Of a stretch of 64,000 bases of DNA, positions 1-12,332 are shown one piece after another. Within the stretch, counting starts at the first letter, position 1. The number at the start of each line of letters is the position of its first letter. The stretch covers positions 121,334,001 through 121,398,000 of the forward strand of contig CM097886.1 in assembly GCA_044892525.1 (NCBI GenBank), read 5' to 3'. Under the pieces are notes generated by a model. The model worked only from the letters and a program-made list of their open reading frames with translations. It had not been told where the DNA came from and made no database searches. A program made the position numbers and the translations under genes. Source of the DNA: Schmidtea polychroa (taxonomy: Eukaryota).

Positions 1-344
1 AAATCAAATGACATACTTCTATAGACATTATCAAATGTCCAGTATCATAATAATAGGACATTTCCAAAACCTTTTTTTTCCTCCTTTTATTCTTTTCAAC
101 ACTTTAACCAATTTGGACACACCTCGAAATATATACATAAATACAAGGTTCATTCGTTCAATCAAAGGTTGTCACATGCTCACGCTTTTTCCTATATGTA
201 ATCAACTCTTTTATTACTTGTTGTGTTTTGTTTAAAAGATTTGCTTGGAAGCACACAAAATATCAAAAATAAATTTAATTATAAACATATACACACATAT
301 TACTTAATGTGAAACTTGTTTTTCAATTTTTTCAGATAATTTTT

Positions 345-1386
345 TTATGTCCACAGGTATTTTCGAAGTTGCACATCGTAATTGGTTTTTAAATTTTCAT
401 CAGTTAATCTATTACGAATTTTACATTTAACAATCTTTAATTTTGAAAAAAAAGATTCGCAAAGATACGTGGTCCTCATTGCAGCTGTAACGCTTATCGC
501 TAGTTTTCTTAGATTAGGAAATTTATCATTGCATATGTATTTTTTATAAAACTGAACTTTATCATTGGCTTCAAACATATATTTTAATTCAGAAGATGAC
601 TGGAGATCTATTAACTCCATTTTCAAATTTGTTGGAGCTGATTCCACAACAATGTCAAATCGACATAGGAAAATATTAAATATATTCTCATATTTCTTTA
701 AATATGAAAATCTCTCCTGAAATTCTTGTAGTAAATTGGTAATTTCTTGTGCATATTTAGAAAAATCTTTTTTGTCACAATTAAATATATGTAATAATGG
801 AAAGTGGACAGAATTTTTTGATTTTAATTGACTTTCATAAAGTTTCAGTTTTGTTATGAATGCTTTTATATTTCCATAACAGTCTGTGATCAACTTGTTT
901 TCACCTTGAAGCTGCCTATTCAGTTCGTTTAATTTCATAGTAATATCTGTAAGGAAACATAAATCCAAAAGCCACTGCTCATCATATAATTCAGGAACAT
1001 TTTGGTCATTTTCATTCATAAAAATTCCCATCTCTTCTCTCAAATTCCAAAATCTTTCTAAACATTTCCCACGACTTCCCCAGCGAATTTTTTTACTCGT
1101 AATCATAGCAACCATTTTATGCATGATAGTCATAGTCACCATGCATAAAATGGTTGCTATGACTATCATGCATAAAATTTTTACACAAGTTGTAACCGTC
1201 TTTTGTGTTAAAACTAAAAAATAAAAATCTTAAAAGTAACCGTTTTTTTGTATAAAAAAATAAATAAATACACATTAAAAAAAATTTTGAACGCACATGT
1301 GATATTTTACTACAATAAAAATTTATATTTGATATTTCATTACAATAAATATTTATACAAAACGGGCCGCAGGTTGGACATAGCTG
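345..1386 (-). mobile_element. Internally deleted hAT (Charlie/SPIN/GTF2IRD2-like) element, left copy; transposase C-terminal half with a 3' frameshift
   Basis: Terminus CAGCTATGTCCAACCTGCGGCCCG (1386-1363, minus). ORF 345-1169 has RW.SRG..L.RF, WLLDLCFLTD, FPNL and TTYLCESFFS..K...RNRL hAT motifs. One A fewer than the right copy near 386-390. Confidence 0.85.
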
Positions 1387-1593
1387 TACTAAAGTATTAT
1401 TTTATATTTTAAAATATATATTAATGTTATTATTATTATTTTAGACAAATGTTATCATATTATAATATATGAACCCTTGTTTATATAATATAATTTAAAT
1501 AATATAATTTATTGATTATAATTGACATTTTTGAATTTTAAGTTTCACTAATTTAATTTTTAAAATTTTTCATAATTTAAATTTATATGATAA

Positions 1594-2988
1594 ATGGCTG
1601 ATTCGAAATTAGGAAATGTTTGGCAAATAATAAGAAATCATAATTATGAAAGTTTAGCAGAAATTCAGCACGAGATGATATGTTCACTGTGTAAAAAATT
1701 AATGGTCAATGCTCGAAGTGCTCCATGTGGCTGCAGATTTTGTTTCTCTTGTATTTCAGAGTATCTAGAAAGAGAGAATAAAACTTGCCCAGGTAACACA
1801 GAGGACTGTAAGCTGGAAATGCTGAATTTGAGTGAAAATATTGGTGTGGATTACGCGATGAATATTAAAATATCAAAGATAAGAGTGAAATGCTCAGAAA
1901 TGTCTTGTGATTATGTTGACGAATTAAGAAAAATGGAAGATCATTCACTGATGTGCAAATATCGATCAGTTGCATGTCCATATGTGAATATAGGATGTGA
2001 CAAATGCAATATATGTCATGATAAGGTTGCGGATCATTTGCAATCTGAAATAATGGAGCACGCAAATCTACTGATGAATTTCATAACTAATTCCAATAAT
2101 GAGACGGAGATATTGAAGGCAAATAACAACAAATTGACCGCTGAGAATGAATTTTTGCGAACTGAAATCAGCGAATTGAAATTGGATAGCGAGAGGAGAC
2201 GAGTAAGATTCAATATTTCATTTGATGTGGATAATTGTGAGAATTCAGGAGGAAATTGCTGATTTGCAGAGGAAATATGTTGATTTGCAGAGGAAATGTG
2301 CTGATCAAAATATGGAAATTGAATTGTTGAATGAGGACATTCCTGCATTGAGGAATGTAGATAGAAATTTGAGCGATGGATTGAATGAATTGAAATTGGA
2401 TAGCGAGAGGATGCGAGTAAGATTCAATATTTCACTTGATGCGGATAAATGGTGAGAATTCAGGAGGAAATTGCTGATTTGCAGAGGAAATGTGCTGATC
2501 ACGCTCAGCAAATGAGCAACTATATGCAATGCGGAGAATATTCATGGAAGCTCGACAAATTCTCTGATAAAATGGCAGATGCAAAAAAGGGAATCAACAG
2601 CAGCATTTATAGCAAATCATTTCTCACGCATGCAAATGGTTACAAAATGTGTTTGTATGTATATCCCGATGGTGTTGGTGATGGCAAGGGCACTCATTTA
2701 TCTGTGTACTTTTGTTTGATGAAGGGCGAGTTTGACAGCATTTTGCAATGGCCATTCAAGCATTCTGTCACACTCGCATTGATTAATCAGCGCACCCGAC
2801 TGGCTCATGTCAGTTGGACTGAGTTATGTGCAGATAATCCAAATGATGAAGCATTTATGCAACCAACAGATATAAATGATGGATGGGGATATCCCCAATT
2901 TATAAGCCATGCGGATTTATCAGCCAATCCAGATCTGATGCGTAACAATGAAATATTTATCAAATGCTCCGTTGACCTTGACTCGTGA
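1594..2988 (+). CDS. TRAF-family protein (RING, Zn fingers, coiled coil, MATH), ~433 aa; exons 1594-2202, 2249-2416, 2464-2988
   Basis: RING CSLC...PCGCRFC...CP; TRAF zinc fingers; MATH motifs NGYKMCLYVYPDG, THLSVYF, LQWPF. Phase-0 GTAAG...TTCAG introns 2203-2248 (46 nt) and 2417-2463 (47 nt) join three track ORFs in frame. AATAAA at 3013-3018. Confidence 0.9.
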
Positions 2989-4069
2989 TTGAATAATATT
3001 TTTATTCTTATTAATAAATTGGTTTATTTATTTGATAATTTTCATTTATTTCATTTACAAAAATTTTAATATTTAAAGTGAAAATTGAGGATAAATTTGA
3101 AAGCAGTGAAAATTGTGCCAGATGAGGAGAATTTGTCAAATATTTGAATTATCCACCATTTGATGAGTAATTATTCAATAATGTGAATGCAATTAATGCA
3201 ATTTTGTTTCATTTCACTCGGCACCTTTCAAATATGTTCAACATCATCTAGTATATAGCAGCAAAGGAGAGAACTGCGCATCAATAACAGCCAATGGGGA
3301 AATTGCCAGTTGCGGATAATTGTTACGGATTTTTATTAGTTTGGGCCTAGCAAAGCATTTCTGTGATCTAGCAAGGAATAATTGGAAATGCGGCTCAGCA
3401 TTTATTTGATAGCAAACTTTTTGATTTCGTATGTGGAAGCGCTGGAGCAATCTTTTGTAAGCTGTAATTTATATGTAAAGCAAGAACTTTATTAATATTA
3501 TCATAATTATTTTGTGTCAGGCCTCAGTTTCAAATAAGTCAATCCTGATAAAAAGTGCTGGGGGCGCATATAAAATATTATGCTGCATTTCAACCAATAT
3601 TATTGCTCCTATTGGTCCATCCGACTGCTGGAGCCGTTTACGCCCGACAATAAACGGCACTGGAATCCATCATTAAAACAAAACCTTCACAGCTGACAAA
3701 TTTATAATTAAGTTCAATTTCATTATTAAAACCAATAATTGAATTCAGCTCTAGAAACCGATTAAAGAAGCAGTGCAGGAATTGGAAGGCTACAAATATA
3801 ATTCTGAGCATCACTTTGTGGCAATTGAGTATTTCTGTTGAACTTTGACATTCCTTGCACCTTTCATGTCTGTGATTGGTGAGATTGCCCTTTGGCAATG
3901 GTAAAATATTTCTTTTATCCTTCTGATGACTCAATTTGGTGACATTTTTGGGTATTTTGATGACTTTTGAAAACTAATTTTTATTTTTGTTTTAATTTTA
4001 ATATTCCTTGCATAATATAATTTACTCAAACCATAATTTTATACCACAATTTTATACTTAATATTTTTT

Positions 4070-4870
4070 CTTTAAACCAACTGAACAATCCTTTTGTACA
4101 AAATGACGCTTTCAAAACTATCTGAGGTTGCTTACACACTTGTTAAATTCATATATTTTGCGGGTTTTTCAATATTTTTTTAAATATTTTTGTTTTAACC
4201 AAACGAAAATGCTTTTTCATTTAAATGGGGCCTTCAAAATATCTAAAATTTTATAGAAATCTCAAAAAATCATTTCAGCCCGTTAATTTACTTTTTACTT
4301 TCAAATTTTTAACGTGTTTCACATTATTTTTCGACATTATTTTGTTTAAACCAACTGGAAAATCTTTCTATAAAATGGCACCTTCAAAATCTTGGAAAAC
4401 CGTCTTAGCCTGTTGGCGACGCACTTTATAAAATTCATATATATTGCTAATTTTTTAATATTTTTATAATTATTTTTGTTTGAAACAATGTGAGTGAACT
4501 GTCGCTCGGTTTTCATTTCGTTTTTCTAGTGTTTCATAATGTTTTTCGAAATTAATTGGTTTGAAAACTGAAAAATCTTTCTACAACGTGAAATCTTTAA
4601 AACCTTAAAAGCTGGGGAATTTTCAGGAAATTAAAATAATTTGGGGTTTATTTAATGTTTCTAAATATTTTTTGTTTTAACCAAATGAAAATGCTTTTTT
4701 ATTTAAATTGGACTTTCAAAAGACCATAAATTGTATATAAACCTCAAAAATTCATTTCAGTCCACTTTTTACTTTCAAACTTTTAAAATTTAAAATATTT
4801 TTGGAAATTATTTTGTTTAAACCAATTGAGATATCTTTCTATAATAAGGCACCTTGAAAACCTTAAAAAA
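4070..4870. repeat. Degenerate AT-rich repeat array in the palindrome spacer
   Basis: About five recurrences of ttaa(a)ccaa..gaaaa..cttt.....aaatgg..cttcaaaa near 4072, 4195, 4347, 4677 and 4817. Confidence 0.6.
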
Positions 4871-6017
4871 CTATTTTTCAACGAATAAACCTAAGTATTA
4901 TTTTTTACTAAAAACATTAAAAATATTTTTAAATGTTAAAGTTCAAATAATTTTTAAAAAGCATGAAATTTTAAATGAAAAAAATATTTTTCATGATTAA
5001 AAATCAAAGTAATTTTTCGGATCAATAAGCTTAAATTAATTTGTTAGCGAAAATAATTTTTTCAATAATTAAAAAACTTTAACTAAACTTTAACTAATCG
5101 CCAAAAAAACTCTAGTAATTACTATTATTTTTAGATGGGCTGATTAAAAAAGATGTGTAATTATTAAAGTAAAATAAAGTATTTAAAATTAAACGTTTTC
5201 AAGCTTTTTAATATTTAAATTTTTTTAAATCTTTATATTTTCAAGCTTTATCCACTATATCATATTATTTTATTGAAACATTTATTTATTATTTCCATTT
5301 TGAAAACATTTGTTGGACGAATTAAGTAGGTAGTCTGGTACCCCCCGGATCGCTGCATTCGAATTTTTTGCTTTTTTTGTTTACTTTATTGATGCAGTGA
5401 GCTGCGCTTATTTTTTCTGGGATTTTCAATAGAAAAAAAGGTCTTATAGAAATAAAGCCATGGTCCTTGGAATCTCAATTGAGGCCTGACACAAAATAAT
5501 TATGATAATATTAATAAAGTTCTTGCTTTACATATAAATTACAGCTTACAAAAGATTGCTCCAGCGCTTCCACATACGAAATCAAAAAGTTTGCTATCAA
5601 ATAAATGCTGAGCCGCATTTCCAATTATTCCTTGCTAGATCACAGAAATGCTTTGCTAGGCCCAAACTAATAAAAATCCGTAACAATTATCCGCAACTGG
5701 CAATTTCCCCATTGGCTGTTATTGATGCGCAGTTCTCTCCTTTGCTGCTATATACTAGATGATGTTGAACATATTTGAAAGGTGCCGAGTGAAATGAAAC
5801 AAAATTGCATTAATTGCATTCACATTATTGAATAATTACTCATCAAATGGTGGATAATTCAAATATTTGACAAATTCTCCTCATCTGGCACAATTTTCAC
5901 TGCTTTCAAATTTATCCTCAATTTTCACTTTAAATATTAAAATTTTTGTAAATGAAATAAATGAAAATTATCAAATAAATAAACCAATTTATTAATAAGA
6001 ATAAAAATATTATTCAA

Positions 6018-7412
6018 TCACGAGTCAAGGTCAACGGAGCATTTGATAAATATTTCATTGTTACGCATCAGATCTGGATTGGCTGATAAATCCGCATGGC
6101 TTATAAATTGGGGATTTCCATATCCAGCATTTATATCAGTTGGTTGCATAAATGCTTCATCATTTGGATTATCTGCACATAACTCAGTCCAACTGACATG
6201 AGCCAGTCGGGTGCGCTGATTAATCAATGCGAGTGTGACAGAATGCTTGAATGGCCATTGCAAAATGCTGTCAAACTCGCCCTTCATCAAACAAAAGTAC
6301 ACAGATAAATGAGTGCCCTTGCCATCACCAACACCATCGGGATATACATACAAACACATTTTGTAACCATTTGCATGCGTGAGAAATGATTTGCTATAAA
6401 TGCTGCTGTTGATTCCCTTTTTTGCATCTGCCATTTTATCAGAGAATTTGTCGAGCTTCCATGAATATTCTCCGCATTGCATATAGTTGCTCATTTGCTG
6501 AGCTTGATCAGCACATTTCCTCTGCAATTCAGCAATTTCCTCCTGAATTCTCACCATTTATCCGCATCAAGTGAAATATTGAATCTTACTCGCATCCTCT
6601 CGCTATCCAATTTCAATTCATTCAATCCATCGCTCAAATTTCTATCTACATTCCTCAATGCAGGAATGTCCTCATTCAACAATTCAATTTCCATATTTTG
6701 ATCAGCACATTTCCTCTGCAAATCAACATATTTCCTCTGCAAATCAGCAATTTCCTCCTGAATTCTCACAATTATCCACATCAAATGAAATATTGAATCT
6801 TACTCGTCTCCTCTCGCTATCCAATTTCAATTCGCTGATTTCAGTTCGCAAAAATTCATTCTCAGCGGTCAATTTGTTGTTATTTGCCTTCAATATCTCC
6901 GTCTCATTATTGGAATTAGTTATGAAATTCATCAGTAGATTTGCGTGCTCCATTATTTCAGATTGCAAATGATCCGCAACCTTATCATGACATATATTGC
7001 ATTTGTCACATCCTATATTCACATATGGACATGCAACTGATCGATATTTGCACATCAGTGAATGATCTTCCATTTTTCTTAATTCGTCAACATAATCACA
7101 AGACATTTCTGAGCATTTCACTCTTATCTTTGATATTTTAATATTCATCGCGTAATCCACACCAATATTTTCACTCAAATTCAGCATTTCCAGCTTACAG
7201 TCCTCTGTGTTACCTGGGCAAGTTTTATTCTCTCTTTCTAGATACTCTGAAATACAAGAGAAACAAAATCTGCAGCCACATGGAGCACTTCGAGCATTGA
7301 CCATTAATTTTTTACACAGTGAACATATCATCTCGTGCTGAATTTCTGCTAAACTTTCATAATTATGATTTCTTATTATTTGCCAAACATTTCCTAATTT
7401 CGAATCAGCCAT
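6018..7412 (-). CDS. TRAF-family protein, mirror copy; exons 7412-6804, 6757-6590, 6542-6018
   Basis: Mirror of the gene at 1594-2988 with the same introns; five amino-acid differences, all in the last exon. Confidence 0.9.
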
Positions 7413-7619
7413 TTATCATATAAATTTAAATTATGAAAAATTTTAAAAATTAAATTAGTGAAACTTAAAATTCAAAAATGTCAATTATAATCAATAAATT
7501 ATATTATTTAAATTATATTATATAAACAAGGGTTCATATATTATAATATGATAACATTTGTCTAAAATAATAATAATAACATTAATATATATTTTAAAAT
7601 ATAAAATAATACTTTAGTA

Positions 7620-8703
7620 CAGCTATGTCCAACCTGCGGCCCGTTTTGTATAAATATTTATTGTAATGAAATATCAAATATAAATTTTTATTGTAGTAAA
7701 ATATCACATGTGCGTTCAAAATTTTTTTTAATGTGTATTTATTTATTTTTTTATACAAAAAAACGGTTACTTTTAAGATTTTTATTTTTTAGTTTTAACA
7801 CAAAAGACGGTTACAACTTGTGTAAAAATTTTATGCATGATAGTCATAGCAACCATTTTATGCATGGTGACTATGACTATCATGCATAAAATGGTTGCTA
7901 TGATTACGAGTAAAAAAATTCGCTGGGGAAGTCGTGGGAAATGTTTAGAAAGATTTTGGAATTTGAGAGAAGAGATGGGAATTTTTATGAATGAAAATGA
8001 CCAAAATGTTCCTGAATTATATGATGAGCAGTGGCTTTTGGATTTATGTTTCCTTACAGATATTACTATGAAATTAAACGAACTGAATAGGCAGCTTCAA
8101 GGTGAAAACAAGTTGATCACAGACTGTTATGGAAATATAAAAGCATTCATAACAAAACTGAAACTTTATGAAAGTCAATTAAAATCAAAAAATTCTGTCC
8201 ACTTTCCATTATTACATATATTTAATTGTGACAAAAAAGATTTTTCTAAATATGCACAAGAAATTACCAATTTACTACAAGAATTTCAGGAGAGATTTTC
8301 ATATTTAAAGAAATATGAGAATATATTTAATATTTTCCTATGTCGATTTGACATTGTTGTGGAATCAGCTCCAACAAATTTGAAAATGGAGTTAATAGAT
8401 CTCCAGTCATCTTCTGAATTAAAATATATGTTTGAAGCCAATGATAAAGTTCAGTTTTATAAAAAATACATATGCAATGATAAATTTCCTAATCTAAGAA
8501 AACTAGCGATAAGCGTTACAGCTGCAATGAGGACCACGTATCTTTGCGAATCTTTTTTTTCAAAATTAAAGATTGTTAAATGTAAAATTCGTAATAGATT
8601 AACTGATGAAAATTTAAAAAACCAATTACGATGTGCAACTTCGAAAATACCTGTGGACATAAAAAAATTATCTGAAAAAATTGAAAAACAAGTTTCACAT
8701 TAA
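7620..8703 (+). mobile_element. Internally deleted hAT element, right copy (288-aa transposase C-terminal part, intact stop)
   Basis: Terminus CAGCTATGTCCAACCTGCGGCCCG at 7620-7643; ORF 7837-8703 includes the hAT dimerisation domain; N-terminal half missing; no 3' TIR recognised. Confidence 0.85.
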
Positions 8704-9034
8704 GTAATATGTGTGTATATGTTTATAATTAAATTTATTTTTGATATTTTGTGTGCTTCCAAGCAAATCTTTTAAACAAAACACAACAAGTAATAAAAGA
8801 GTTGATTACATATAGGAAAAAGCGTGAGCATGTGACAACCTTTGATTGAACGAATGAACCTTGTATTTATGTATATATTTCGAGGTGTGTCCAAATTGGT
8901 TAAAGTGTTGAAAAGAATAAAAGGAGGAAAAAAAAGGTTTTGGAAATGTCCTATTATTATGATACTGGACATTTGATAATGTCTATAGAAGTATGTCATT
9001 TGATTTTTAAATTATTATTATTGTTTCTATTTAG

Positions 9035-9197
9035 ATAGTTGAATCAAAGTTTTTCCATGGATACCAATGGTGGGCGAATTACAATCGTCGATATAGCTAA
9101 AAATACAAAGGAATTGAACGAAGACATCGCAAAATTCAAAAACTTGAAACTAGCAACTGGATTTGTTATAATTTATATTTGTTGTAAAATTTATAAT
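9035..9197 (+). pseudogene. Frameshifted Bcl-2-family last exon (BH2 + tail anchor), paralogue of 11609-11788
   Basis: Acceptor tttag at 9030-9034; KF.PWI..NGG split by frameshifts, then IAKNTKELNEDIAKFKNLKLATGFVIIYICCKIL*. Confidence 0.6.
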
Positions 9198-10992
9198 AAA
9201 AATTAATGTTGTTATTATTGTTTTACTCGAAATAAACAAAGTATTGTTCAAATTAAAAATGATTAACAGAATTAACTAATTTATTTACTAGCACATTCAC
9301 AATCATCATCTCCACAATTCATAATTTTTTCAACTATATTATGAACACAATCTGTAAAATCAGTGTCAACTTGCACCATTGAAAGATCATTTAGCACACT
9401 GAGAAGAGTCAAAATGTGGCTAAGATCAACAATGTGTGAAAATAGACTTTCTGGACTTTGCATGATGAGTGTTCATCATGACAGAATCAATGACAGTAAA
9501 AAAAGCGTAAAATAATGGACAAAGTGATCAATAAATTTGGTCAAGATCACAGAAGTTTGCAGTTTCTTTTCAAAAAGTAATATTTATAAGTCTGTAATTT
9601 TTTTTATAATTGAATAAATATACAAAATAGAATTTTTTTTACCTTTTTTGATTCTGTTTTTTCCTAAAATCACATTAATGTTTTGTTGGGTTTTAGATTA
9701 CTTTAAGTCGGTTCCCTCTGACTCCTAGTGTTCTTTAAATCAAAACAATGAACGACCCAACGTATATTGAAACAACAGGTTCACAATTTATTATCACCAT
9801 TTTACAATTACTAATCAAAGTTCCGTTTGTACGATTCTCCGCTCGGCGTTGATGCTCTGCAAATAGATAATATTCACCTTTTATTCCTTTAGGTTCTCTT
9901 GACCCACGTTTTCCTCGGTTTCTGTTTGATTTGATTTCTTGTTCACCTTTCCGTATTCCTAATTCTATTTCTTCTTTTCCCTACTTTCCCTAATTTGTTT
10001 TCGCCTTTTCCTAAGCTCTGTTTTTTCCAACCTTAGCTGAGGCAAAATGCCGATTTTTTCTGATTTTCCTTTTGCTTATATACTCCTCGAAATCAGGATG
10101 ACAAATGGTTATTGCCGAGCCAATCTTTCATTTGACATTTGCTCCCACGTATTTGCTTCGGCTGTCACCCATAATGGTCCAACGAATCCAGATAATTAAT
10201 GGCCCTTCCGGTCTTCCTAAACGCGCTATCTTCTCCTTGCTCTTTTCTAATTAATCATTGTGTCAAGCTAATGGGCCCAAATCTTCCTTCTGTTTGCTTT
10301 TCTTCTTGTTTACCCAGCTCGGGTTTCCTTTATATCTCGGGTTCTCCATTGGCTCGGGTTTCCCATTAGCTCGGGTTTTCCATTAGCCAATTAATTAATT
10401 AATTAACGTTTTCTGTTTTCATACATTTGAATGCTTTTCGACCATTCCTAACCATTTTCTGATAAATCCCTAATCATCATCTTGTTGACCATTAGCTACT
10501 CTATACCTGTCCCGTTTTCCCATTCGATTTCGATGATTTTACCATTTATTGATTTTTCTCGGATTTCCGGATTCTTGCCTTTCGTAATTGCTTTTGGCAT
10601 TTTCTAATACTGCTTCCATCACACTTTCCTTTACTATTGATTCTGTGCATGATCTCGCTTTTATTTGTCTTTTTTCTTCGCTTACTTTCTATTTGAATTA
10701 TTAGCCTAAATTTCATTTAAATTTTATTTTAATTTACGGACCTCAACAGTTTCAACGATAAAAATGAGTTTAATTGAAATCATAAATATACTATTATTAA
10801 TCTAATTATATATAGTAACAATTCTTTTTCGTAATGAAATGTTTCGTAAGGTGACCATTTATATTTTTCTCTAATCGCATACATTATAAAAATGAACTTT
10901 ATTTTTTACCAAATAAACAAAAAAAAGTTATTTTATTTCAATAAAATACTGATTCAAATCGCATTACAAGTACATATAATATTTTATATTTT

Positions 10993-11226
10993 TTATTTTT
11001 TGTATTTTTCAACGGGATGAATTTTTTTCAAGATTGTTTCATCTTTTTCTAATATATCGGTAAATTCAGTACAGTTTACATTTCGTAAATTAAATTTTAC
11101 TTTTAATATTGCAGACAATGCATTCACAGATAATCGCGATTTATCGTCAGTCCAAATGTCAGTGGCAATTGAAAACACTCTCTCCACTGAAGCATTTGTA
11201 CCTGGCACATCTTTTAGACAAAACAC
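10993..11226 (-). mobile_element. hAT transposase dimerisation-domain fragment
   Basis: VPGTNASVERVFS.....WTDDKSRLSV..LSAIL.VKFN matches the hATC pattern. Confidence 0.7.
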
Positions 11227-11238
11227 GATAAGTCGTCC

Positions 11239-11445
11239 GATGACTCATTAAGGTTATTTCAAGGTCACATGAGTCATCCAATAACTCATCAAGGTCATTT
11301 CAAGGTTACACGAGTCTTCCGATGACTCATCAAGGTCATTTCAAGGTCACATGAGTCATCCGATGTTTCATCAATGTCATTCTCAAGTTCTTATGACTCA
11401 TCCAATGTCATTCCTAAGGCCATATGATTCATCAAGGTCATATCA
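11239..11445. repeat. 41-bp tandem repeat, ~5 copies, each with an internal 10-bp inverted repeat
   Basis: Unit GATGACTCATCAAGGTCATTTCAAGGTCACATGAGTCATCC at 11239, 11280, 11321 and 11362, then degenerating. Confidence 0.85.
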
Positions 11446-11608
11446 TTATTTCAAAAAAAATAATGTCTTTGTTCCAGAGGTGCACTGTTTTTGGTCATGC
11501 AACAAGTTAGTGATGCCTTCAATCCGATTTTATTGAACGCTAGCTTATTTTAAAGCTTCAAGAAGTAATACTTTTATAATCTATATTTTAATAATATTTA
11601 TTTTCTAG

Positions 11609-11788
11609 ATAATCAAGTCCAAGTTTACACCATGGATTGAAGCCAATGACGGATGGGGTGTATTGAACCAACTCGCCCGAAATGCAAAAGAAATCGACGA
11701 GCACAAAATAAAATTTAAAAATTATATAAAACTTGCAATAGGTGTTGCAATTTTGTATGTAATATCTAGATTTTTAAATAACAATTAA
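11609..11788 (+). pseudogene. Bcl-2-family last exon (BH2 + C-terminal membrane anchor); upstream exon has stops
   Basis: Acceptor ttttctag at 11601-11608; exon reads IIKSKFTPWIEANDGWGVLNQLARNAKEIDEHKIKFKNYIKLAIGVAILYVISRFLNNN*. Probable 44-nt intron 11565-11608; the frame upstream contains TAG. Confidence 0.7.
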
Positions 11789-11818
11789 TGTAGTTATTTT
11801 GTCTTTTTTTAAATAAAT

Positions 11819-12205
11819 TTACAAACAATAATTAACTAAAATTTGTAAATTAACACATTCACAATCGTCATCTCCACATTTCATTATATTTTCAACGACA
11901 TGATCAATACAATCATTCGTAATATTATCTCTAGGTTCCTCTATAGGTTCATCTATAGGTTCATAGATTTCCTCATCAATTTCTTGAGTATCGGTTTCTT
12001 GAGTTTCTTCCTGATCATCAAATCCTGAATCTTGACTCTCAATTACCCAGCCGATATTTAATGCATTTGTAACAGATAATATGTCCTCAATTTTTACACC
12101 AGCTATTTCTGCAACTTTTCCAACAAAAGTTGATTACAAATTCTAAATAATAAATAATTCGGGAATTAATTAATAATGTTAACCTTTTTCTGCAGTCATT
12201 TTCAT
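11819..12205 (-). pseudogene. Unknown acidic protein relic ending in CIDHVVENIMKCGDDDCEC; partial paralogue at ~9285-9380
   Basis: Open stretch TFVGKVAEIAG...QEETQETDTQEIDEE...KCGDDDCECVNL; the same C-terminal motif (CVHNIVEKIMNCGDDDCEC) is in ORF 9281-9463. Confidence 0.45.
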
Positions 12206-12332
12206 CACTTTAAATCTATATTTTAAGTTTGTTTATAGATTTTCTTTGTTAAATTTGCATGTCATTTGCATTTATGTTGCAATTAATAAAGAGAAAAAAC
12301 AAATATGACTAATACATTTATTAAATATAACA

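Larger units (their letters stand above)
1..3526. repeat. Left arm of a large inverted duplication (may extend beyond the window start)
   Basis: Reverse complement of 5480-9006; ORF coordinates mirror (sums 9006/9007). Inner match ends at a3526/t5480. Confidence 0.97.
5480..9006. repeat. Right arm of the inverted duplication
   Basis: Reverse complement of 1-3526; six substitutions and one 1-bp indel found by eye. Confidence 0.97.

Noticed and set aside
8-235. 75-aa ORF and its mirror at 8772-8999
   Set aside because: Low-complexity AT-rich sequence; repeated only because of the palindrome.
3244-3934. GC-richer coding-like stretch crossing the inner palindrome boundary
   Set aside because: All frames are interrupted and no family was recognised; it may indicate that the left arm is the original copy, but this cannot be supported.
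9760-10700. Purine-rich minus-strand stretch resembling a LINE ORF1/endonuclease start
   Set aside because: Too decayed; no convincing motif.
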